NCBI GenBank assembly: GCA_965240325.2
Contig: OZ251226.1
Coordinates: 1,364,001 to 1,428,000, forward strand
Source of the DNA: Rebecca billardiae RCC1528
Taxonomy: Eukaryota > Protista > Haptophyta
Length of the DNA stretch: 64,000 bases
Direction: 5' to 3'
Shown here: positions 36,487 through 47,765 of the stretch, piece after piece
Numbering within the stretch: the first letter of the stretch is position 1
Layout of the letters: the number at the start of each line of letters is the position of its first letter
Translations under genes and position numbers: made by a program
The notes under the pieces: generated by a model
Databases searched by the model: none
What the model was told of the DNA's origin: nothing
What the model saw: only the letters and a program-made list of their open reading frames with translations

Positions 36487-38106
36487 ATGGCCCGCGGTGC
36501 AGGGCGGAGCGCGCAGCGTGGAGCCCGCACCAGCGGGCCCGAATCACGTTTCAAAAAGATCTTTGATCAAAGGAAAAAGGGACGGGGGACGATTTTCAGG
36601 GCTGGAGGAGACCGAGTTTCGAATTTTAAGACTCCCTTACAGGTGCATCCTCGTCGAAAAAGGGCGCGTCCGCCGTCTTGAATAGTGAACAGAGGAATCA
36701 ACGAAACCCACGCCCAAGTGTGCCAGGGTGAGTAATTACGGGTGGACTTAGTGGTTCATGTGTGACCATAGTAAATAAATATGGGCCTCGCCGCCGCAAG
36801 AACGACTCTCACCAACTCCAATACTGCGAGACATTGAAAAAATACCCGCAGCTATTCGTCGCCAGCCCATTTCATAGTCACTGATCGACGCACCGAGCTG
36901 GCAGCGAGCCTCAAAACTCGCCGTCGTCGCAAGGCAGCAGGTTTGCGGAGCCCGTTGGCGGAGGTGCCAGCGCCGCGCGACTCTCGCCTCCAAGCAAGGG
37001 CGGGCGATGGGCAGGTGCGCGCGGCCAGTGGCGCCTGGAGCGCGCGTCTGCGGCGGGTCCCGACGGCCGTCGACATCGTGTTCGTGCCCCGCTCACTAGT
37101 CACTCCGCGCGCCCCTGCCGCCCTGTCGATGCCTGCGCGGCCGGGGCCGCGCGTCAGCGCAGCCGCCGCCCTTTGTTCGGGCTCTCGCAAGCTCGGGGGC
37201 AGCGGCGCCTGACTGATGCCGGACTGATCGATCTCTGAGTCTCCGACTTCACCACACGCCCCCCTTGTCATGCCTCTCCGCCAGGGTCTCCCAGAACTCT
37301 TCTTCAGAGCAGGCGCGCCAACCCGAATCCATCGATCTGTTCCGTGCCGGCACTCTCGGCCCGCGCCGGCAAGTCTGTCTGCAGCGCTGGACGGGCGGAC
37401 CTAGGAGGACGAGCTGCGGCGCGGACGACGGTGGTGCGCGACGTCCCCAGAGCTGGCCGTGCCTCTGCGACGCGTGCCGAGCCTGACCGAGGTGTGTCAC
37501 CCCGTGACCCTGTGCAGTGCAACCGCGGCGTGCGGAGTGAATAACAATCACCGGTGCCCTCGCACCTCGGCACACACAGTGCTCCCTCTGGCTGTCTGCT
37601 CCGCGTGGCCTGGCGTGCACGTAGATAGAGTTGCGCTCATGCGTCGATCACGCCTCGCGCCCGCCTGTCGGCCGTCGCGCAGGCGCTGGTCGAACCCTAC
37701 TCGGACCAGTGCAAATCATCTACTGACTACTCCTGGCGCTGCCGCGGCGCGCGGTCACGGTGACGACAGACAGCGCGGTCAGCAGCAGCGGCCCGAACGA
37801 ATCCGCGGCCCCGCACAGTGTTCCCTGGCTGTCAGCTCCACGTGGCCTGGCGTGCACGTGGAGTCGCGCTCATTCGTCGATCACGCCTCGTCGCATCCGC
37901 CTGTACACAATCCGGGCGCCGCGCCGGCGGCTGCGATGGGCCCGCGCCCGCGGCGCCGGCGCCGGGGCGCAGCGGCGCGCCGCTGGAGTCTAGTTGTACG
38001 GGCATGCAACTGGTCTGTCAATAGACGACTGCGACGGAGGGTGCACCGCCACCGCGGGCCCCGAACTACGTTCGTTCTACGGAAAAGGACCGCGGAACGC
38101 GGTCAT
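36487..38106 (+). mobile_element. Non-autonomous Helentron/DINE-like element, copy B
   Basis: Same termini as A. CACCGCGGGCC (38050-38060) is the inverted copy of the 5' GGCCCGCGGTG; hairpin at 38088-38104; the interior is homologous to C and D. Confidence 0.78.
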
Positions 38107-38988
38107 TATTAGTGAGGTGACATAACGACTACTATTGACTGGACCGGTGGGTCCGGCACAACCGCCTGCCTGGCAGCAGTGCGCCCGAAATTTGCGCGGC
38201 TGTGGGCAGTCCCAGTGGCGGCCAGTCGGGGCTTCCGATCCCACAAAAGCGCACTACTGAGCACTATCTTGGCATGCTCCCCCGCTGGCTCGCCGCTCGG
38301 CGAGCGAGGGAGCCGCTGGGCGCCTGGCCCAGGCAACTGCGGTTGTTGGTGCGGTGTCTGCGGCGCGAGCCGAGCCGCGCGCACTGATGTGGCCTGATGC
38401 TGTGCCGCACGCCAGTTGTCTATTAGGGTCCGGCTCAGCCGGTAGCTACGGCTGCAGATTTGAGATTAAATTAGTAATAAGCTACTGTCACGACTCACGA
38501 GCCGCGCCGAGTCAGAGTGCCTTCGTCGGTCGCGTTAGTACTTTAACTATCACCACTTAGACTGACACTGCTAGGTCCATATTTCTGCGAGTGGCTCTGA
38601 CGTTCGTCTTCGACCTAGTTTCAGACGACTAGCTTAGTCGGAGACATGCCAATACTACACAGCAGGAGATACTGGGATTACTGGCGACTGCTTTAATAAT
38701 ATTATTGCATGATGTATTTAACGAATTCGGAGTTGGATCGCGATTTCTATTTGTTAACTCTGTACTCAGTAGCTAGCTAAGCTAAGCTAGTTTCTCGGAC
38801 TCCGAGTGCCCCGATGTAGCTTACAGTCAGTGACATTACCGACAAACCGTTCGCGGATGACTACGATGCTGTCTGTCAGTCTTGTCTATGCCATGGCAGT
38901 ATAATCGGCGCTCGCGCCCCGCTCGCCCGCTCGCCTCAGCCTCGGATGGCACGTCATCCTATCGAAATCTCAAATCTGGTCACCAGGA

Positions 38989-40094
38989 CAAGGGAGGTCC
39001 GGGCCGGGAGCTCCCAGCGAGCGGCCAGCGCGACATCACCTCAAGGTTTTTTCCTGAGCGCCGGGCGGCAGCGGCGGCGAGGGCGGTGCTCCGCTGGCGG
39101 GGCGCGCACGGGGCACGGCGCTGCGGGCGCGGATGTGCCCGCAGAGCCGGCGCGTGCGGACGGGCTGTTGCGGGAGAGCATCTGGCGCCCTCCTGCGCCG
39201 CGCGCATTGCGCCACGCCTCTTTCGCCTTGACTCAGGGCAGCGCGCACATGCGCGCCGCGTCAAGGCCAGCCTTGCCGCGCCGCAGCCGACCGCGCGCGC
39301 GCCGTGCGCGGCGTGGTCGGGAAGGAACGGGCGTGGCTGCCGGGCGAGATGGCGACATCACGTGCGCACGCCATGCCGCCCCGCCACGCCTTGACGAGCG
39401 TGTCGCCGGTCCGTTTGCACGCCTCTTCGAGTTGTCTCAAATGGTCTGCACGGCCTCGCGGTCGCGACCCTTGTCGGGACGATCATTGAGACACAGAACA
39501 GTGCCAGACGGGCACGCGGACTACTCTTACATGAATGTCCATCACCACGTGGCCATGTAGAAGTGCTGGGTGCGACGCTTTCCTCGCGCTGATGCACTTT
39601 CATCATCTTTTTCGAGCTCAGGTCTGGCTTCAGGCACGGCAAGAAATCAGCACTCGTCAACAGCTGTGCGGATCCGTTATCGCGCCCTTTCGCGGCGCCG
39701 CGGGACGACATGGCGTGCGCACGTGATGTCGCCATCTCGCCCGGCAGCCGCGCCCGTTCCTTCCCGACCACGCCGCGCACGGCGCGCGTGCGGTCGGCTG
39801 CGGCGCGGCAAGGCTGGCCTTGACGCAGCGCGCATGTGCGCGCTGCCCTGAGTCAAGGCGAAAGAGGCGTGGCGCAATGCGCGCGGCGCAGGAGGGCGCC
39901 AGATGCTCTCCCGCAACAGCCCGTCCGCACGCGCCGGCTCTGCGGACACATCCGCGCCCGCAGCGCCGTGCCCCGTGCGCGCCCCGCCAGCGGAGCACCG
40001 CCCTCGCCGCCGCTGCCGCCCGGCGCTCAGGAAAAACCTTGAGGTGATGTCGCGCTGGCCGCTCGCTGGGAGCTCCCGGCCCGGACCTCCCTTG
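38989..40094. mobile_element. Non-autonomous DNA transposon with ~387-bp TIRs and a 7-bp TSD (P-superfamily-like)
   Basis: TIRs at 38989-39375 and 39709-40094, termini CAAGGGAGG...CCTCCCTTG, TSD ACCAGGA at 38982-38988 and 40095-40101; no transposase ORF. Confidence 0.92.
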
Positions 40095-40129
40095 ACCAGG
40101 AGATTCTCCTCGTGATTGATCAGCATTCC

Positions 40130-41392
40130 ATGGCGGCCTGCGTGCGGCGACACGTCCTCCTCACTCAACACGCCCTCCATGGATGGCGAAGACACAGCGA
40201 TGCAGGCTTATTCGTCAAGGGGCTGAGTACGGCGATATCGGCGAAGCACGGTGACCTATCTGTCAGGTGCGCCAGCGCGGCCGACGTGGCTGCTCTGGCC
40301 AAGCAGCACAAGGGCCTCCTGAGCCTTGCCGATGGCTTGCCGGCCGTGGACAGCATCGAGACGAGCAAGGTCCCACTCGCGCCGGACTTCAGGGACAACA
40401 CGATCGCATCATCGCGCGCGGTGTTCGCTGCGCTCGATCAGCTGCCGCGGCCCAAACTTGTCGCGTGCAAATCGGGCCGCCGCGCGCGCATTGCTGTGGC
40501 GGCGTGGGTGGCCGCGCGCAATGGCGGCGACGCAGACGCGGCAGTCGAGTACCTGCGCGGCACTGGCGACGTGGCAGACGATGCGCCGCAGCGTGAGCAG
40601 TGGGTGCGCGGTGCCGTCGCCGCGCACACCGTCGCGCTCAGCGCGCCTCTCATCTTTCGCCAGCTCTTCGAGAAGGAGTCCAGCACATTCACGTACCTCC
40701 TTGCCGACTCGGTCACCAGGGAAGCAATTTTGATCGACCCGGTCGATCTCACCGCCGAGCGCGACCTGGCAGAGGTGGAGAGCTACGTGACGCCGGGCGG
40801 TGAGCAGGGCCTTCGGCTCGTCGGTGCCGCGAACACGCACTGCCACGCCGACCACATCACCGGCACCGCCATCCTGAAGCAGCGGGTGCCTGGGTGCACG
40901 TCAATCATCGGCGCAGCCGCCGGCGCCAAGGCCGACCGGTACGTGGTCGGTGGCGACAAGATCCGGTTCGGCTCGCGCTGGCTCGAGGTGATCCCGACAC
41001 CCGGGCACACGGACGGCTGCGTCAGCTTCGTCCTCGACGACCGCTCGATGGTCTTCAGCGGCGACGCGCTGCTCATCAAGGGGTGCGGCCGCACCGACTT
41101 CCAGCAGGGCTCCTCTGAGACACTGTTCAGCTCCGTGCGCCACGGCATCTTCACGCTGCCGCCAGAGTGTATCGTGTACCCCGCGCACGATTACCAGGGC
41201 CGTACAGCGTCGTCGGTGCGCGAGGAACGGCTGCTCAACCCGCGGCTTGGCGATGGCAAGACGCTCGACGAGTTCGTCGAGATCATGAAGAAGCTCAACC
41301 TGCCGTATCCAAAGAAGATCGACGAGTCGCTGCCAGCAAATCTTCTCTGCGGCTTCCCCGACGAGGAGAGCTGGAGAGCTGCGCGTAAATAA
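40130..41392 (+). CDS. ETHE1: Persulfide dioxygenase (ETHE1-type) with an N-terminal DUF442-like sulfurtransferase domain and a putative mitochondrial presequence
   Basis: ETHE1 motifs LIFRQLFEKESSTFTYLLAD, NTHCHADHITG, TPGHTDG, GCGRTDFQQG and YPAHDY. Upstream lies PRPKLVACKSGRRA (Cx4R loop). Confidence 0.88.
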   Translation: MAACVRRHVLLTQHALHGWRRHSDAGLFVKGLSTAISAKHGDLSVRCASAADVAALAKQHKGLLSLADGLPAVDSIETSKVPLAPDFRDNTIASSRAVFAALDQLPRPKLVACKSGRRARIAVAAWVAARNGGDADAAVEYLRGTGDVADDAPQREQWVRGAVAAHTVALSAPLIFRQLFEKESSTFTYLLADSVTREAILIDPVDLTAERDLAEVESYVTPGGEQGLRLVGAANTHCHADHITGTAILKQRVPGCTSIIGAAAGAKADRYVVGGDKIRFGSRWLEVIPTPGHTDGCVSFVLDDRSMVFSGDALLIKGCGRTDFQQGSSETLFSSVRHGIFTLPPECIVYPAHDYQGRTASSVREERLLNPRLGDGKTLDEFVEIMKKLNLPYPKKIDESLPANLLCGFPDEESWRAARK

Positions 41393-42256
41393 TCTTGGTG
41401 GAGTGTGCCGGTGGCAAGTCGTCATTGATCACTACGACGGACTCGCCCTGGACCTGGCGGTCAGATCAGGGCGTCGAATCAAAGGACCCGATCAAAGGAC
41501 AATTATAATAATAAAGGTATTTACTGAACTTCGACGACGTGGCATGCAACGGGCAGGCGTCAGCAGGCTCGGAGAGTGCAGCGGAGTGCAGCAGGCACGT
41601 AGGATGAATCGTATCAAAGTTATAACTATGGATCACGTAGAATGCATGTCTGACGCGCCCGTTCCGACCAACCACTGACCAGGTCTGAGGTCATTGGCCG
41701 AGTGCCACTGTCCGAGCCACTGACACTCACTGACACCATTCACATTTATTTCACGCTGGCCGCTGCCCTTGCGGCTTGCCGCGTAGTTATTATTATTAAT
41801 ATATATATTATAACGTCCACAGCATGCGCCGCCTTGGCAAGAAGAGCGCAAGGCCGCGCTGCACAACCGATTCATTCACTGTTCACACGTCTAGTGACTA
41901 GTTCACACCGAGTACCGACACGTGGGCAGAGTGGCCACAATAAACCATCCGATGCTGCTGTGAATTCGGCGTGCGTCATGGCCGCCGACGACGCAGGATG
42001 CTCAGCTATGCCGCGCCGACACAACATCGTCTGCTACTTGTACATTAGACGCATCTGTGACGAAGACCGCGACCGCTCTCCGGAGGACGACGACGACGCA
42101 AGGCCAGGAAGGCGGTTCAACTTGGAATCTCGCCTGCCTGAGCTGTGTGGGTCTCTTTTTCTTAGTAAACTGTACCCCCATACTCAATACCGCCAAAGTT
42201 GCATGCGCAGCGGAGCTCCAACCCCTATCAATCGCGACGAAGCTCGGGAGTACTCG

Positions 42257-44176
42257 ATGGCGGCACGCGCGGGGCTGCTCGCCCTCTGGGTCGGCGCTCT
42301 GCCGGCCGCATCGAGCGCGGCGACGCCTCGCGTGGCCGTCTGCCTGATCGGGTCTTTGCCACAAGGGGACACCTTCGCGCTGCGCCGCTCGATCAACGCC
42401 ACCGTCCTCAGCGTCGCCGACGGCGCGTGGAGCGCTGACACTTTCATCGAGTCGTGGCTGCCTGCGCGGCCCGCCGGCACCAACGAGCCGGACCCGCTGT
42501 GGCACGACCTCTTCCCGGGGATTATCTCGCTTGGCGTCGAAGTGCCCGGCCCGCGCACCCCGCCGCAGTGCGAGCGGCTTCGCCGCGTGCACGCATGCGC
42601 CGACGCTAAGCGCGCGTGGGAGGATTCGCACCATTTCACCTACGACGCTGTCGTCGAGCTCGAACTGGATGGCGGGTGCGGTGAGGCGCAGTGGGGTGGC
42701 ATCGGGCAGGCAGTGCGCGCGGCGGTGCTCTCCGGTGGCCTGCGCGACCGCCCGCTCGAGCGCTGGCTCCGCCCGGGCGGCACGGCGTGCTGTGCGCTCG
42801 GCCACTCTGCCGGCTTTGACGCGTACGCGCGCGCGTGGGAGCTGAGCGCGAGCAAGCCGTGCCGCGGCAAGAAGCTACCGCGCAGGAGCTCGGGGGATGG
42901 GACGCAGGCGGACGCGCTGGTCGCCACCGCTGCCAAGCCAGCCCCGAGCGCTGCCGCTCTCGGCGCCGCGCTGCTTGAGCGGCTTGACGCCCACCTGCGC
43001 ACAGCGCTGCCGGGTGCCCACACTCACGAGATCGAGACCGCGGCGGCGGCGCGGCCGCCAGCTGCGCCGCCGCCGACGGAGGCGGTCGCGTCTGCGGGCT
43101 CGTCCGCGTTGCCGCGCGTCGCGGTGTGCGTCGCTGGGCTCTTCCGCGGGCACCGCAAGGCCATGCTCCCCTCCCTCCGCGCCAAGGTGCTCCACAACAA
43201 CTCGTGGCAGGCGGACCTCTTCGTGGAGACTTGGCTGCACGAGGGCGCGGATCGCATTACGCGCATGCGGCACAGACGCGAGGGCCACGGCCAGATCGTC
43301 AACGTGCGCTGGCGCTTCCTGTACCCGGAGGCGGTGTCGGTGCGCCAGCTTCGGACGCCGCAGAACGTGTCGCGCCACTTCCGTGGGCTCTCCCTCCCGG
43401 CCGGCCTCGCCATCGCTCACGCAAATCGCTTCATGAGCACGCTGCCCAACCTGGGACGGATCTCAGACTGCGCCCACGCGATTCGGCGCTGGCAGGCAGC
43501 GACGGGCCTGGCGTACGACGTCGTTGTGAAGCTCCGGCCGGACAAGCCGTGCGGCGGCACCTCATGGCGCTCGCTGCGCGACGCTGTGCAGGCGGTCCTC
43601 GACTCGCAGCGCGCGGTGCGCGCCGCCGCCGCCGTCGCCGGTGGTGCTGGCGGCTCCGGAGACGGCGGCTCTCGAGGCGCAGCGTCGCCGCAGGCGGCGC
43701 GCCGGCAGACGCGCGCGTGGCCAGCGCCGCGCGCCGCACCCGTGGTGCACGGGCGGCAGCTCATGCCCAAGGCGGTGCTGGTCGCGCCGGGCTCGGTCGG
43801 CGTGAACCGCTCGGTCGGCATCCAGTTCGTCCACGGCAACCGCTGGCCGCACATGCAGGTGTCGGACGAGTGGGCGGTGGGCACACCCGCCGCCATGCAA
43901 TTCTACATGGGCGCATTCGACGCGATTGGGCGGTTGTGGCGGTCGGCGGAGATGCAGCGCAAGCTGCGCAACGTCAGGCCCCAAGCGTTTAATTGGGCGC
44001 TCGACGAGGGCTTCATGTTCGTGCACATGGCACAGTCGCCGGGCTACTACCCGCACGGCAGCCGGTACACCATGTGTTGCGAGTACCCGCAGGCGCGTAA
44101 GCACTACGCAGCGTGCGGAGCCTACTACCGCGCGCTGGCCGCGGGCAATCAGACGAGCGTGTTAGCCTGGCCTTGA
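42257..44176 (+). CDS. Secreted protein with two tandem RVAVC...YDxVVKxRPD domains (putative glycosyltransferase-like)
   Basis: Signal peptide MAARAGLLALWVGALPAASSA. The repeated blocks are RVAVCLIG/RVAVCVAG, ADTFIESW/ADLFVETW and YDAVV/YDVVVKLRPD; QVSDEWAVG follows in the second domain. Confidence 0.65.
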   Translation: MAARAGLLALWVGALPAASSAATPRVAVCLIGSLPQGDTFALRRSINATVLSVADGAWSADTFIESWLPARPAGTNEPDPLWHDLFPGIISLGVEVPGPRTPPQCERLRRVHACADAKRAWEDSHHFTYDAVVELELDGGCGEAQWGGIGQAVRAAVLSGGLRDRPLERWLRPGGTACCALGHSAGFDAYARAWELSASKPCRGKKLPRRSSGDGTQADALVATAAKPAPSAAALGAALLERLDAHLRTALPGAHTHEIETAAAARPPAAPPPTEAVASAGSSALPRVAVCVAGLFRGHRKAMLPSLRAKVLHNNSWQADLFVETWLHEGADRITRMRHRREGHGQIVNVRWRFLYPEAVSVRQLRTPQNVSRHFRGLSLPAGLAIAHANRFMSTLPNLGRISDCAHAIRRWQAATGLAYDVVVKLRPDKPCGGTSWRSLRDAVQAVLDSQRAVRAAAAVAGGAGGSGDGGSRGAASPQAARRQTRAWPAPRAAPVVHGRQLMPKAVLVAPGSVGVNRSVGIQFVHGNRWPHMQVSDEWAVGTPAAMQFYMGAFDAIGRLWRSAEMQRKLRNVRPQAFNWALDEGFMFVHMAQSPGYYPHGSRYTMCCEYPQARKHYAACGAYYRALAAGNQTSVLAWP

Positions 44177-44248
44177 CCGCGCTCGTCGCGGTGACGCCCG
44201 CGACGCCTGCTACTGCTAGCTAGGCCTATGTCTAAGGCCTATGGAGTT

Positions 44249-45990
44249 ATGACCGCGTTCCGCGGTCCTTTTCCGTAGAACGAACGTAGTTCGGGGCCCG
44301 CGGTGGCGGTGCACCCTCCGTCGCAGTCGTCCCGTACACGTGTAACTAGACTCCATCCAGCGGCGCGCCGCCCAGCGCCGCGCCGCCGCCAGCGTGCGCC
44401 GAGTGTGGACTGTCGGTCGTCGGCCGAGCTGCCCTCATCACAGACGGCCCTTACCTGACCCCCTGCGCGTGCGCGACGGCCGACAGGCGGATGCGACTCG
44501 GCGTGATCGACGCACGAGCGCGACTCTGGCACGCCAGGCCACCGGCGGAGCTGACTGACAGCCAGGGAGCCGGACGGCGCGGGACCGCGCGGATTCGACC
44601 GTTCGTTCGGGCCTGCCGCTGACCGTCGTCGCCGCGACGCCAGCAGCGCAGGAGTAGATGATCTGCAGGTCAGTAGGGTTCGACCTGCGCGCCTGCGCGA
44701 CGGCCGACAGGCGGGCACGAGGCGTGAGCGACGCATGAGCGCGACTCTACGTGCACACCAGGCACCACGCGGCCGAGCTGACTGACCGCGAGCCAGGGAG
44801 CACGGTGCGAGCAGCCATGCAGCACCGGTGCTTGCGCGCGCCGCGCGTGCACGGGGTGACACACCTCGGTCAGGCTCGGCACGCGTCGCAGAGGCACGGC
44901 CAGCTCTGGGCACGCCAGGCGCCCAGGCCACGCGGAGCTGACAGCCACGGGGAGCCGACGGCGCGCGGGGCCGCGGCCAGTTCCGAGTTCGACTTGCGCC
45001 TGCTCTGAAGAAGAGTTCTGGGAGACCCTGGCGGAGAGGCATGGCAAGGGGGGCGTGTGGTGAAGTCGGAGACTCAGAGATCGATCAGTCCGGCATCATG
45101 CGCCGCTGCCCCCGAGCTTGCGAGAGCCCGAACACAGGGCGGCGGCTGCGGCGGCGGCGGCACGGCCGCGCGGCCGGCCGCGCAGGCATCGACAGGGCGC
45201 GGCAGGGGCGTGCGGAGTGACTAGTGAGCGGGCACGAACGCGATGTCGACGGCCGTCGGGACCCGCCGCAGACGCGCGCTCCAGGCGCCACTCGGCACTC
45301 GCCACGCGCACCTGCCCATCGAGCGCCCCCTTGCGGACCAACCAAGAGTCGTCGCGGCTCGCTCGCCACCCCCGAACGAAGAAACCTGCACACGTCGTCC
45401 TTGCGACGGCGGCAGGTTTTGAGCTCGCCAGCTCGGTAAGTCAGTGACTATGGAATGGGCTGGCAACGAATAGCTGCGCGGGTATTTTCAATAAGGCTTG
45501 CGGGTTTTAGACTCTAGATACCAACCGCCGCGAAGCCAAGTTCATATTCATCAAGGCGGAGGCAAACTAAAAGAGTCCGGTCATACGCGACCCGCTTCCT
45601 CTGCAATCCGAGCTTTCGGCATACGCGGGTACTACGATACATTATGGCCCGCGGTGAAGATAAATACGATGAGAGTCGTTGCGGCGGCGAGGCCATATTT
45701 ATTTATTACTATGGTCACACATGAACGAGAGGCTACCCACAATTACCCTGCCTGGCGCACTTGGGCGTGGGTTTCGTTGATTCCTCTGTTCACTATTCAA
45801 GACGGCGGACGCGCCCTTTTTCGACGCTAATGCACCTGTAAGGGAGTCTCAAAATCGAAACTCGGTCTCCTCCAGCCCTAAAAAATCGCCCCCCGTCCCT
45901 TTTTTCTTGATCAAAGATCTTTTTGAAACGTGGTTCGGGCCCGCTGGTGCGGGCTCCACGCTGCGCGCTCCGCCCTGCACCGCGGGCCAT
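44249..45990 (-). mobile_element. Non-autonomous Helentron/DINE-like element, copy C
   Basis: Reverse complement of the B termini and interior, with an extra ~170-bp insert near 45495-45670. Confidence 0.78.
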
Positions 45991-46089
45991 AATGGAGTAT
46001 GGTGATCCAGTAAATATATTGCATAATTGGCGCAGCCTGCGCGCGCGGACTCGCGGAGCTGTTCATCCGCCGCTATATCTGTTAATAAT

Positions 46090-47765
46090 ATGACCGCGTT
46101 CCGCGGTCCTTTTTCCGTAGAACGAACGTAGTTCAGGGCCCGCGGTGGCGGTGCACCCTCCGTCGCAGTCGTCTATTGACAGACCAGTTGCATATGCCCG
46201 TACAACTAGACTCCATCAGCGGCGCGCCGCCGCCCGCCGCGCCGGGCGGGCCCATTGCAGCCGCCGGCGCGGCGCCGATTGTGTACAGGCGGATGCGACG
46301 AGGCGTGATCGACGCATGAGCGCGACTCCACGTGCACACCAGGCCACGCGGAGCTGACAGCCAGGGAGCACGGTGCGGGGCCGCGGATTCGTTCGGGCCG
46401 CTGCTGCTGACCGCTGTCCCCGGGGTCACCCCCCGCGCCGGCAGCGCCCGGGAGTAGGGCTGGAGGAGTAGGGTCCGAGTAGGGTTCGACCAGCGCCTGC
46501 GCGACGGCCGACAGGCGGGCGCGAGGCGTGATCGACGCATGAGCGCAACTCTACGTGCACGCCAGGCCACGCGGAGCTGACAGCCCGAGGGAGCACGGTG
46601 CCGAGGTGCGAGGGCACCGGTGATCCGGTTCGCGCACTCGCCGCGCGTGCACGGGCAGCTGACACACCTCGATCAGGCTCGGCACGCGTTGCAGAGGCAC
46701 GGCCAGCTCTGGGGACGTCACGCACCACCGTCGCCCGCGCAGCTCGTCCTCCTCGTAGAGTACCGTTCAGTTCCGAGGCGTAGCCCTCGCTCAGAGTCGA
46801 CCGACGATGGACTCGGATCGTCGGCGCGCCTGCTCTCTCTCAATCAAGAAGAGTTCTGGGAGACCCCGGAAAGGCATGGCAAGGGCGGCGCGTGGTGAAG
46901 TCGAAGGCTCAGAGATCGATCAGTCCGGCATCAGGCGCCGCTGCCCCCGAGCTTGCGAGAGCCCGAACACAGGGCGGCGGCTGCGGCGCCGGCTCGCGGA
47001 CACGCCGGGGCCGCGCAAGGCCGCGCCGAGGCATCGACAGGGCGGCAGGGGCGGCGGGGGCGCGCGGAGTGAGCGGGGGCACGACGAACGCGATGTCGAC
47101 GGCAGTCGGGACCCGCCGCAGCCGCGCGCTCCAGGCGCCATTCGCCGCGCGCACCTGCCCATCGCCGTCCTCACCCGCGTCGGTCGCTCGTGAGCCTCGT
47201 GCCCGTGGAGCCCTCGCCTCCAAACGCGGGCCGCCTCTGGTGGGCCGCCGCCCGGGGCCACGCGCGCGCCCAACCAAGTCCGTTCGCGTCAGATAGTATT
47301 GAGATTCGCCGAGGTTGGCCCATCGGCTACTGACCCTTGCCTCGTCGGCTCCTGATACAGACACGGCGCGATTGAATAGTTGATTCAACTGATTCAAGGG
47401 ACGTACATGGTCACATCGGTTCGCGGCAATCTCTATCTAGATACGTCATCGCTCCTTGGACCTTGCTGCAATCTCATTGGCCGGAAAAATCGCTTGTAAC
47501 GGTTCGTTACGTTAGGGATCCTAAAGGGCGTGAAGTTTTTTGGACGGGCGTCACTCCACGCTTTACTATGAACTTGCCGTGGGCGCGACCTTTTTCGGCC
47601 GTGATGCATCTGTAGAGAGGGTCTCAAAATTCGAAACTCGGTCTCCTCCAGCCATGAAAATCGTCCCCCGTCCCTTTTTTCTTGATCAAAGATCTTTTTG
47701 AAACGTTGTTCGGGCCCGCTGGTGCGGGCTCCACGCTGCGCGCTCCGCCCTGCACCGCGGGCCAT
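46090..47765 (-). mobile_element. Non-autonomous Helentron/DINE-like element, copy D
   Basis: Same termini as A-C in reverse orientation. The 5' part resembles A and the body resembles B/C. Confidence 0.78.

Noticed and set aside
38946-40130. Idea that the P-like element split the ETHE1 coding sequence (upstream MARHPIEISNLVTR)
   Set aside because: The reconstructed empty site hits TGA a few codons after the TSD, so the insertion is upstream of the CDS.
42056-42230. TG...CA-bounded segment resembling a solo LTR
   Set aside because: Only a 3-bp flanking match (ATC), no second copy, and no PBS or PPT in the window.
41702-42256. N-terminal extension of the 824-aa ORF
   Set aside because: AT-rich, non-coding-like sequence; a signal peptide starts at ATG 42257.
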